This document shows positions 48,956-59,441 of a stretch of 64,000 bases of DNA, piece by piece. The notes under the pieces were generated by a model. That model saw nothing but the letters and a program-made list of their open reading frames with translations, was not told the DNA's origin and did no database searches. Every line of letters starts with the position of its first letter. Within the stretch, counting starts at the first letter, position 1. The translations under genes and the position numbers were made by a program. Source of the DNA: Monocercomonoides exilis PA203 (Eukaryota; Protista; Preaxostyla); the NCBI GenBank assembly GCA_001643675.2, contig LSRY02000021.1, forward strand, positions 806,001 to 870,000, read 5' to 3'.

Positions 48956-50378
48956 CTATTGCATCTTCAATTCAGGATAAATAACATCTCCAACCAAAAG
49001 CAATTTTTCATTCAAAAAAGAAGCAGGAAATGGCGAAAACACCGTTAACAAGCCGTCTTCCACTGAAAAATCCACAATCAGCACAAATCCCTGCACCGAA
49101 TGAAAAGACGAGCTTATAAAATTGTCCATTGTCGAATAAGAATCTTTCAAATTTTCGTTTTCTTTCTCAATTTTTTCCTTTTTGTGATCCACAACAGCCG
49201 CCACGTGGTTCAGCAAGCTCGGAACATCTGCAGCAGACACAGGGAAAAGATTCAATTGATTAGAAATGCCACTTTCAAATTGCATTTCTCTGTTAAATGG
49301 AACACTTTCATTGAATTCTGCAAGGGTGACCGAGGAGAAAGGCAACTTTATCATTCCTTCGAAATGCTCAAGGGCAGATGGAGTGAAGTACTTGCGGATT
49401 TGCTCGTTTCTGTGGGTGAATCTGGTTGTGGCAGTCTTTAGAAGAGCCTGGTGATGATTGACATTATTCAATTTGAATGAAATATAATTTTGTATTTTGA
49501 TATTCGATTGACATAAAACAAGAATTTCAAACATTAACAAACCAAAAAAAAAAAAGAAAGAAAAGAAAAGAAAAGAAAAGAAAAAAAGAAAAAGAAAAAG
49601 AAAAAAAGAAAGAAAAAGAAAGAAAGAAAAAAAAGAAAAGAGAAAAAAAAAAGATAAAGAGAAGAAATTTAAATAAACAAATAAAAAGAAAAAAAGAAAA
49701 AAGAAAAAGTAATTAAAAACTAAAATATACCACACCATTTGTGGTTTAGCTGCCTGTATCACCAAAATATCTGCTGGGTTGACCATCCGAAACGGCAAAT
49801 CGCATTTCAGCGGATAAGAAAGATTGCTCCTCCAAAACTGCGGAAAATAGATTTTTTCTTTATTACTATTACTACTACTACTACTATTATTATTCCCCTT
49901 TGAAATTGGCTCAATTTTCTTCTCTTCTAAAACAGAAGTTGAAAAAGGGGTGATTAGATAAGAAGGAGGTGGTGAAGGAGGCTCAGTAACAGGAGAGAGG
50001 GTGGATGGCAAGGGTTCTGAGAGAGGACTGGGGATGGGAGGAGAAGGATGAGAAGAGGAGGAAGAAGAAGAAGTTAAAGATGAAGATGAAAAAGAAGATG
50101 ATGATGATGATGAAGGAGACGAGGTTACATGTGAAGTGGATGGAGAAGAAGAAGTAGTAGTAGAATGAGTGGAAGAGGAATAGGAATTGGAAAAAAGAGA
50201 AGGAAGAGGAGGAGAAGAGGAAGAAGAGGAGGAGGATGGAAAAAAGGAAGAAGAAGAAGACGAAGAAGAGGAAGAGGAAGAAGAAGAAGAAAGGCCAATG
50301 TGACGAACAGAAGGAGAAGGATTGGGAAACAAAGGAGGAAGAAGTGTATTTTCTTGATGTGATAGAGAAGAAGAGGAG

Positions 50379-50409
<31 letters not shown>

Positions 50410-50410
50410 T

Positions 50411-50447
<37 letters not shown>

Positions 50448-51782
50448 GTGGATGGTGACAATGAGAAAGGAGTCGAAGGAAGCAAAGTATCAGACAGCTG
50501 AGGGGGAAGAGATTTTGATGAAGCTGAAGCAGAAGAAGCAGAAGAAGAATCAAAACCAGAAGAAGATAAGGAAGAAGAAGAAGAATCAGAAGAATCTGTG
50601 CAAACTGGCTCTGTAAGATCGAGAAAAGCTGGTGAAATTGACGACATATCAGCACTTTCGCTGTCCTTCCTCACAAAATAGAGATGTTTAGTCAATGAAA
50701 ACGAACGGAAATCTGTCAAGTCCTTGATGATTGCGTTACAATGAGCGTTTCTGATGCCTATGGATGCCTTTGGAGAAACAGACACGATAATATCACAGCC
50801 AAAAGCATAGACAGCTCTCATGTTCAACAAATGACCTAAGCCACTCTGCTTATTTCATTTCATTTGTTTTATAATATTTTAAAGGTAATTTTAACATTAG
50901 ATTTAAAATAAATAAATAAATAAATAAATATTTTGTTACACCTCCCACCCACATGTGTTGATGATGCAACCACCATATTTCAATCTTTCATCATTTTTAA
51001 ACTTTTCTGCCACAGCCTCCGCGAGCATGTCATAACATATTGCAAATCTGTATTTATTTCTTCCCGGAGACTTGGAACCATACCAATAGTTTATTGTATT
51101 TTCCTCGTCTTTTCCTTCCTGAAATAAACAGCAAGTGCAGAATTCAGTGAAAACAAATGAGAATGCAAAAATGAATGCAATATGCAAACTGATATGTCAG
51201 GATTTGCAGTGACAGCGCATATGCATCCAGAAATAGTGAACGAATTTTGTCCAGGATCAAGATCAACAATAACAACATTTTCGTTATCTGATATTGCGCG
51301 ATCTGTCAAGTAGTCCGCCAATGTAGATTTGCCACACCCGCAAGGCCCCATTATAATAATCTAGATGGTTGAAATTAAATAAATTATTCGTTTAAAAATG
51401 AATGAGCCTTTTGCATTAATTGAAAATCACACTCTTGGACCGTATGTTTGATTTTCCGAAGCTTTTTTTCTCTTATTTCGCAATATTTCGTGTATTTTCT
51501 CATAATAATTCGGAAATTCTCTGTTATCACTTTGACAAACCGAAGAATTCTTTCTATATTGTTTCAATTGAAGAGAATGTGATTTTTCATCGTAATCTTT
51601 GTGTTGAACAATTTTAAATTCTCCACAATTTTGAGTGTGATTAAATCTTAATTTATTTGCCGTTTCAATAAGCTATAATAAGCAAATAAAGACAAAAATA
51701 TTGTTACATAAAAACCTTTCAAACTTCTATCATTTCCGAAATATGATCAATTTCCGGGTGTAATGAACAACTATTTGATGCC
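48956..51782 (-). CDS. CLP1: Clp1-like polynucleotide 5'-kinase (Clp1/Grc3-Nol9 family), multi-exon, with a large Ser-rich insertion; start approximate
   Basis: GPCGCGKSTL (Walker A), VDLDPGQ (Walker B), YWYGSKSP, GCIINTCGW, RxxxRNEQIRKYF, and C-terminal GFVLIV...LTVFSPFP..LLVGDV. T-rich intron at ~49452-49735. Confidence 0.85.
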
Positions 51783-52941
51783 ATTTTTTGTTTGTGCAAA
51801 TTGCAGCTTTATTATAGTTGCTTGCTAAATACAAAAGTGAAAATTGTGTTGAAGTGAAACTTAATATGGGTTGTGTAGCTCAGAAAATTGATAAAATTGT
51901 TCAAAAACCAAAAAATAATTAACCATTACTCAACTTCTAATTAACTGATCACACATCATTCATAATTCATAAATGATATTTCTTTTCTGCTTTCGTATTC
52001 GATTTATTTCTTTAAAAAATTTATTTCGAAAAAACAAAAGTTCCATTTGGATGTTCACAAAAAGAAAAAACATCAATAAAAAGCGAAGTGTGTTTATTCT
52101 CTTAAAAAGGGACTTACAAATATATTTATTTGGCATCATCACGATTTTGATTATATCTTTACAATTAATTTCTAAAACAATTCGCATTGAGAATCTCAAA
52201 AATTAATTATCAAAAAAACAGGATGCTCCAAACTCAAAGTTAATCAGTTATCTGAATGAAAAAGTTTGAAAAATGAAGGAGAAGAGAAATACCACATAGA
52301 ATCGATCTTCATTTCTACAAACAGCATCATCTTAATTATCCTTATCTTCATCTTCATCCTTAAAATTATTTCTATGGATGCGACATTCAACTCATATTAA
52401 TTGGAATAAAGTAGTTTTAAGACAACGGACGGAAGGAAAATTAAAAGTTATGAAACATTGATTGGTTGAATTTCACAAATTGATTGATGAACAATAGAGA
52501 AAGTGAAAGAAAACAAAGATAATTCAACTCCAATTGTTTTGAAAATGGAAAGAAGGAGAATTCAAACAAACAAGGAAGAAGTTTTATTGATAGAGAAGAG
52601 AATGAAAGAACAAATAGAAAGGAAAAACCGTCTTTTCGTTCATTGAAAAAGCGCAAATAACAGAATTTATAGAACAAACGAAAGAATGCAAGACGTGATA
52701 ACAGAAAAATTGAATTTCCAATTGAAAAACAATCTATTTGAGGAGGATGGATGGCAATAATCCATTCAATGAAAATTCTTGTTGAAAAAAATCAGAAAAG
52801 AATTATCATTTTTCTTTTTTTGAAAAAGGAAATAAAAACATTATTTTTAATAATTCATTAGGTTTTTTCCATTTTGTGAAATGAATCAAAAAGATTTAAA
52901 AATATACATTATTTTTGAATTTCAAAATTCAAGGCATTTCT

Positions 52942-54395
52942 TTAAATTGAAACAAAATAATCAGAAATATTCGATGATAATCCATGAAGAAAATATTTTC
53001 CACAAAGAAAACTTAATAGTCCATGAAGGCGTGTGATAGAATCTTCGTATCCTTCTTCTTCTATCTTTTCAAATATCTCCATTTTCGTTGCCTTTCTCTT
53101 CGCTTCATCAATTTCACCATCCGTATTCCCTTTCAAATTCCTTGAAAGCCTTAAAAAGAAATCCAAATAAGTCGATACAAATTTTTCTTGTAACGTTGTT
53201 TGCTGCATTTTCTCCAAAAATACTTCGACCACTCCACTCTTCAACAGGTCATCAATTTTCACAGCTCTGCTTTCCGCTGCTACTCTGAAGCAAAGAAAGC
53301 AGTTGAAGCTTAAATCTCCATTATTATCAGTTGACGCTCTATGCACTCGAACAATGCTGCTGATAAGGTGATAATTCCCTTCATTCCTCATTTTGCATAA
53401 CACAAAGAAAGGATACAGTGTATGGATCCATCGTATCAAGACAATCACTTCTTTCTCTTCTCTTCTCTTCTCTTTTTCTTTTTCGACTTTCTTCTTCCAA
53501 TTCATGCATTTCATCAGCTCTTCCAATTCTTTTATCGCCTCTCTCGCAAAATGCAGCTCATTTACAACTACTTCTTCCAAGCTTCTTTCATTGGAAAGTC
53601 TGCAAATCAAAAACTCCCAAGCAGATTGATATGCAAGACTAGTCAGATTGCGGTGCTCTTGATGATATTCGATGATTTCTTTGATTTCATTCAAATACAG
53701 TTCTTGTTCAATTTCCTAATGAAAATACAGAAAAACAAATAAATAACTTCAAAAATGAAATAGAAATACTCATACAGAAGCACGAACATTGCTCAAAGCC
53801 AGCAAAGCCATTTCCACTTCTTTTTGAGCTTTCTTTCTTTCCTCTTTCTTCAATACAACTTTCAGCATACAAGGAACACTTATTGAAAGCAATTTGGATG
53901 TGAAGCTGCAGCTTAGAAAAATATAGCATTCACAAAGATCGGCTAAAATCTTTTCATTTTTCCCTTCATTTTTCTTTTCTTCTTCAATAATCATCTTTTC
54001 AAATCTTCTGCTCAATGAAGATTTTTCAAAGAATGGATTCCAAAAATTTTTCAGCACCTTGCAATATCCAACAGGTTTCAAAAATGAGCATGCATTTTCC
54101 ATCGATAGTTTCTTTTTATAAATCATAAAATCTATTTTTTTGAACAGTTCCATTGTGAAAATTGAATTGAATTCTTTTTCATTCATTTCTTTCACTTGTT
54201 CACTCATTTCAAGGATTTTCTGTTTTTGCTCATCCTTATTGCAACCTTCAAATTCGTTGAATAATTCTTTCAAAATAATTAATAAAAAGAATTAGATCCT
54301 TCAAATAATGGAAAAATGAGCAAACCTGAAAAATGCTCAGTTACTGGAATATTTTTGAGCTCATCTATAAGCTTATCATCCACGCACGAACTCAT
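52942..54395 (-). CDS. Hypothetical helical-repeat protein of a lineage-expanded family (C-terminal EEEGYED), 2 introns
   Basis: ATG at 54395 (MSSCVDDK), then exon ELFNEFEGCNKDEQKQKI...KEVEMALLALSNV, a gtatgag..ttag intron, and exon EIIEYHQEHRNLTSLAYQSAWEFLI...IEEEGYEDSI. Confidence 0.75.
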
Positions 54396-55042
54396 TCTGT
54401 TTATTTCAACAAATGAAAAATGCGTTCGAAATAATTCTTCTCTCAACAAAAAATCGTTAAATACAAACTTGTTGATTATCTATAAAATAAAACGTTTTCA
54501 ACAACAGGATAATCGCTATTCTTTACAAATTAAACAAGGGAAATATGATATTCGCTAACTTCAATGATCTTGGATGAAAAAGGCGGAAATGAAAATGTTT
54601 TGTTTCTCTTTGATCAAGCCACCAATAATTAAAGATGAAGCGGATAAATTTTTTTTGAATTATTTAATCTCAAGAATGTGTTAGACAACACTATATTTAT
54701 TAAAGCTTTTAGATTTGAATATGTTAAAAATCAAATATATCAAATTAATTCTATTTTTCTGTAATCGAAAGAAATAGAATTCTTTCATTTATGAAAAAAT
54801 CAATAACATGTTCAAGACTATTTTTGCTTCAAATAATTGTTATTCTAGCATTCTCATCCAAAACAAAATAAAGCAATATAAATTTTTTGAGTAAAATCTT
54901 TAAAAGCATTATGTGGAACAATATTCATAAAACAATTAAAATGCATAACATTTTAATTGTCAAGAAAACTTCCATTCAATTTCTTCTCTTCTTGTTGAGA
55001 GAGATGCCACTTTATGGGTCATGTCACTTTTCGTGATCAAAA

Positions 55043-55897
55043 ATGTTTAGCACCCCGCAAACTCCATTGCAAGCCGGACTCGCACCTTCTTCTGGTTCTG
55101 CTATGCAGATCAGTGGGCCAACGAGTTCCCAATGCAGTAGCTCACAGATACCGACAGCTTCTTCAAATATCTTTTCACACGCCGAATTAGAGCTCCAACC
55201 TTCTCCCATCTCATCCGAAGTTGCAGATTCTCGAACTGTGGATGATTTGTTCAAATCAATATTTGGTGTCGAACCAACAACATCCCTTTTTGATTTACGA
55301 ATGCCGAAGACGATGTTGGAGGACATTGCATTTTACTACAACGAACAGGATTTCAGTCCTGTATTACAAGCATCTCCTCCAGCAGCAAGTAGAACTTCCT
55401 TTTGGTATCGGGATGCCTTAGACAGAGCAGGCGAACGAGTCGAAAAATTTTTATATCCAACATTTAAGGCATTACTGATGGCGCTTCAAGTCAAGAGCGA
55501 TGAAGCAGAAAGCCACGAACGGATGATAAAGGACGCAATTCTGATGGTTTGCCAAGCACTTCATGAAGCAAGGAAGTGCAGAATCGAAGGAAGATTCGGT
55601 TTTCGCACGGCGGAAAAGATGGACTCGGAACCATCAGGAGGAATGCTAACAAAGCGTCAGGAACAGATTTTGGAAGAGCTTTCAAAGGAGCAGAAAAAGC
55701 AACAGGGAACTGCATTTATATATTCTTCTTCAAAGAACAGTACCTTTCAAAAATATAACCCGAAGCCTCCAACTACCAGAGGAAAACAGTTTTTTCAGGA
55801 AAGACCCCGGTCGTCCATGTTTCGAAGCACTGGAGCAAGGAGAGATTATTGGAAGAGAAGCTCCACAGGACGAACCGCGGGACTGCAGAAGAATTAG
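55043..55897 (+). CDS. ORF1, gag-like protein of the YR retrotransposon
   Basis: 284-aa ORF at the 5' end of the element with a helical middle and basic C-terminus, overlapping the pol frame. Positional assignment. Confidence 0.7.
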   Translation: MFSTPQTPLQAGLAPSSGSAMQISGPTSSQCSSSQIPTASSNIFSHAELELQPSPISSEVADSRTVDDLFKSIFGVEPTTSLFDLRMPKTMLEDIAFYYNEQDFSPVLQASPPAASRTSFWYRDALDRAGERVEKFLYPTFKALLMALQVKSDEAESHERMIKDAILMVCQALHEARKCRIEGRFGFRTAEKMDSEPSGGMLTKRQEQILEELSKEQKKQQGTAFIYSSSKNSTFQKYNPKPPTTRGKQFFQERPRSSMFRSTGARRDYWKRSSTGRTAGLQKN

Positions 55898-58043
55898 AAG
55901 AAGCTCAGACCAGAAGGACTTTAGAAGCTGGAAAGATAGGAGGTCGGACAGCGGACTATATTCAGGAATGGAGAAAAATAGATGGAGGGAAATTAATCAA
56001 AAATGGGGTTCAGGCTCATTGGCGCAATCGCAGGGCAAGAGATGGTTTGGAAAAGATGAAAATCAGGGACGGAGCATCTCAAATTAACATGAAACAAAGG
56101 ATGGCTTTTCGAAAGGAATTTAAGGAGCAGCTGGAAACAGGGATTGTGAGCAGAATTCCTCCCAAAGAGGTGAAATTTCGGAACAATATTTTCCTCATTC
56201 GGAAGAAGTCCGGAGCCTGGAGGCAGATTTTGGATTGCAGAATACTAAACGCAGCAATGACGAAATCTCATTTCAAATGCGAGAACGAAAGAACAGTCGA
56301 AAAATTGATAAACAGGAACGATTTCGCGGTGACATTGGATTTGTCTCAAGCCTATTATCTAATCCCTGTTTCAAACGAACTCAGACCTTATCTAACGTTC
56401 AGGTTCGAAGGCAGCGATTATGCTTTCAACGGCATGCCATTCGGCTACACAGACGCTCCAAGGTTCTTCACAAAAGTCATGAGGAAAGTCACAACAGAAA
56501 TCAAAAGAAGATAGAATGTGAGAGTGATATCATACTTGGACGATCTGATTCTCCTGCATCAAGATTCCAACATGTTGAAAGAAATCACAAGCGAGGTGAT
56601 TCGATTTTTGGAAAATCTGGGCTTGATTATCAACAAGGACAAATGTTCATTAACCCCGAGGAGAAAGTTCACTTTTCTAGGGTTTGCATGGGACACGGAA
56701 GCATTCACGGTTCAATTGTGCGAGGAGAGGTTGGGATCTCTCAAAGCGATGCTGAGTCAATGGAGAGTGAAGGCAATAAGAGCCAAAACAGTTCGAATAA
56801 GGGATTTTGCCTCAGCTATTGGAAAGCTCAGCGCAGTAAGATTCGTATACCAGGATGCGTCACTTCACCTTGCAGCTCATCATCGTCTCCTGCAGAGGAA
56901 CGTGAAGACATACGGATGGAGCGGTGTGATGAGGATGAATGCTTCAGTGTTGAGGGAGATTCAGGAGTGGCAATGGATATTGAGCAGGAATCGACAGAGA
57001 CCGTTACAACCAGTGTTTATTCCCCAGGCTATGTTAACGACAGATGCTGCGGAGACAGCATGGGGCGCAACATTCAGAGTGAACAACAATGTTATGGATT
57101 GGCACGCCAAGTTCCCCAACTTTGCCCGCCGCCAATCGTCCAACTTCAGAGAACAACTAGCTGTTTTGCAAGCACTTCGCCATTTTTCTCAGACAATTCA
57201 AGAAAACAAAATATCCCATCTGTTGCTTCGATCGGACAACAGCTCAGTGGTTTTCAACATAAATCGTTGGAGTGCAGGGAAGAATCTTCGGCCAGTGCTA
57301 CGCAAGATATGGAAATGGACGGAGGCGAGGAATCTGATAATAAGAGCACAACATCTTCCAGGAAGAAAGAACCACAGAGCGGATGCGCTGTCTCGATTGG
57401 AAAGGGCAGGCGACTACGAAATAAAGGACGAAGCACTCGAAGAGTTACTTGCACAGTTGAAAGTGAGACCGACTCTCGATGCCTTTGCATCGAAACACAA
57501 TCACAAAGTGGAAAATGGTGTGGAGTGGGCAGTCCAATTGCAGAAGATGGATTGACAGTTCCTTGGAACAACGAGTGTGTTCTAGCTCATCCACCGATAC
57601 CTCTGATTCCGATGGTAATGCGAAAGGCTCAGATGGAGAAAGCTCGAGCGATTATACTCCTGCCGAGCTGGAAAGGTCAGAATTGGGACATCCTTCTTCG
57701 AACGAGCAATTATTGCAGCTTGGAATTGGATTACAGCTCCAAGATTCTTCTGGAGGGGCCATGGATGAAGAAGACAGGAGCCTGCCTTCCTCCAGGGAGA
57801 ATGAAAGTGATCCTGCTCAATCCATTAAGGAGAGAGGAGAAGCCTGGTGGCTGCACGCGCTTCATGAAAGAAATGTTCCCTTGGAGCTCGCAGAGGAGTG
57901 CAAGGCAGGAATTGCACATACGACATGGGATGGATATTTATTCTGTTTCGCGCACTTTTCAGACCAGTGGAAGAAGTGTGCCCATGGGCATATACCAGAC
58001 AACTTGCCGGACTGGACCGTCAAATGCGTTGATGTATTTTTAA
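55849..58043 (+). pseudogene. pol: reverse transcriptase + RNase H + adenine-methyltransferase-like domain; in-frame TAG at 56512-14 and 1-nt frameshift at 57512-15
   Basis: IGGR...W; FLIRKKSGAWRQILDCRILN; LDLSQAY; MPFGYTDAPRFFTK; YLDD (56533-44); FLGF; RNase H TDA...SSNFRE...RSDN...NHRADALSR; MT-like DAFASKHN...DGL..PW...LAHPPIPLIP...LPSWKGQNW. Confidence 0.92.
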
Positions 58044-59041
58044 CAATGAAGAATAGAGGATTCAAGGTTTCTGTTATACAGATGGTAAGGGCAGCAGTGT
58101 CATTTTATTCAGTTCTTGCTTTCAATACTGCATTGGGAGACATCGCTATCATCAGGATCCTATTTCGTGCATTCCGAAGAAACGACACATCAAGAAAGAA
58201 GATGGCTCCAGAGATTTGGAATCCGAATATTTTGTTAAAATACTTCACCGAGTTAGGCCCAAACAACAAGTTATCATTCAAGACATTGACAATGAAGGTT
58301 ATCACCTTAACAATGCTCTTCTCTGCCTGCAGATTTACGGAACTGGAACGTGTCAACATGGAGAACTCTCGGTTTGAAGAGGAAGGTGTATATTTGGACA
58401 CAGTGTTGAAAACATCGCACACACGGTCAGAGATTGCAGTTCCGTTTCTTCCAGATCTCCCACTTATTTGTCCAGCTTCAGCAATTAAGGATTTGTATTT
58501 CCTGGTAAAACAAAAACAGAACAGCAACAAACTTCTGCTCAATACTACAACATTCGAGCCGCTGACTGCTTCGGGTATCCGCAAGTTAGCTAAGGAGGCA
58601 ATGAAGCTAGCAGGAGTTCCTCAGAGATTCAAGCCTTACTCTTTAAAGGCAGCGACCTTGTCAACATTAACAATGTCAGGAATCCCGCCTTCACAGATTG
58701 CTAAGTTTGCAAGGCTTTCACCGAAGACAAATACTCTGGTGAAGCACTATTTCAAAACCAATTTGGCATCGTCAATGGCACGAGTTATAGCTGGAACAAT
58801 GAAGGAACAGAAGATTGGTGACGGTGAGAAGGAAGAAAGTCCGATAGTTAGTTATGAAGAGGAAGCAAAAAGAAAACAAGCCACCGATGGAACCCTTTCA
58901 GAAGAGGAATCCAAGTGTGAAGAAGTTGAGGCTTCTATGGAGGAGTTGGTGGAAGAGGTGAAAACGAAGACTGTCAGGCATAAGTCTAAATGCGCTCCTT
59001 TTGCAAATTGCATTTTTGAACCCTCAAATTATGATGAATAA
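57479..59041 (+). CDS. Tyrosine recombinase (integrase) of the retroelement
   Basis: W(N)PNILLKY; TMKVITLTMLFSACRFTEL (Arg 58331); LKT; CPASAI; KPYSLKAA (HxxR position); terminal KHYF (Tyr 58748). Confidence 0.87.
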   Translation: MPLHRNTITKWKMVWSGQSNCRRWIDSSLEQRVCSSSSTDTSDSDGNAKGSDGESSSDYTPAELERSELGHPSSNEQLLQLGIGLQLQDSSGGAMDEEDRSLPSSRENESDPAQSIKERGEAWWLHALHERNVPLELAEECKAGIAHTTWDGYLFCFAHFSDQWKKCAHGHIPDNLPDWTVKCVDVFLTMKNRGFKVSVIQMVRAAVSFYSVLAFNTALGDIAIIRILFRAFRRNDTSRKKMAPEIWNPNILLKYFTELGPNNKLSFKTLTMKVITLTMLFSACRFTELERVNMENSRFEEEGVYLDTVLKTSHTRSEIAVPFLPDLPLICPASAIKDLYFLVKQKQNSNKLLLNTTTFEPLTASGIRKLAKEAMKLAGVPQRFKPYSLKAATLSTLTMSGIPPSQIAKFARLSPKTNTLVKHYFKTNLASSMARVIAGTMKEQKIGDGEKEESPIVSYEEEAKRKQATDGTLSEEESKCEEVEASMEELVEEVKTKTVRHKSKCAPFANCIFEPSNYDE

Positions 59042-59284
59042 ATAGATAATAATTATTTAAAAACTTTTTATGGACCGATTTTTCGAAAAAAATTTTTCTT
59101 TTTGAAAATAATGATTATTGAAAAATGACCCATAAAAACATGAAATTATTAAAAAATAAACAAAATTATCAGTAAATATGGATTTTAGTCCATCAGAACG
59201 GTTTGCATTATTATATAGACTTATTTTATTTGTAAGCTTTCATCAAAAAAATATAAATCACAAACAAAAATTTTATTAAATATC

Positions 59285-59441
59285 TTTGATCCAACCCACA
59301 ATAAAATTTTTAATGTTTGGAAAAATTGAATATACTGTTTTCGGTTAATAAGAATTCAATAGTTTGCTATCCTTTCATTTTTGTATGTAAAATTAAGTAT
59401 ATTATTATATGTGCACTTGTTTTATATTGAAAACAGCTTTT
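59285..59441. repeat. Left arm of perfect inverted repeat (partner 63844-64000, truncated by window)
   Basis: tttgatccaacccacaataaa...attgaaaacagctttt is the exact reverse complement of the last 157 nt of the window. Confidence 0.95.

Larger units (their letters stand above)
55011..59136 (+). mobile_element. DIRS-like tyrosine-recombinase retrotransposon (gag, RT-RNaseH-MT, YR); right end may extend to 59441
   Basis: Domain order gag / RT / RH / methyltransferase-like / YR in overlapping frames is diagnostic. Intronless, higher-GC block. 12-bp inverted repeat tttatgggtcat (55011-22) / atgacccataaa (59125-36). Confidence 0.93.

Noticed and set aside
24437-56514. In-frame TAG/TAA (24437, 48247, 56512) hinting at a TAR=Gln code as in some oxymonads
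   Set aside because: Several >2000-aa ORFs use CAA/CAG with no internal TAR, genes end in TAA/TAG, in-frame TGA also occurs in the transposase, and 56512 fits Trp better than Gln. These are ordinary nonsense mutations or errors.
56235-58043. 602-aa ORF as an independent gene
   Set aside because: Best explained as a chimaera of the YR N-terminal extension and the MT domain, caused by a 1-nt deletion at 57512-15.
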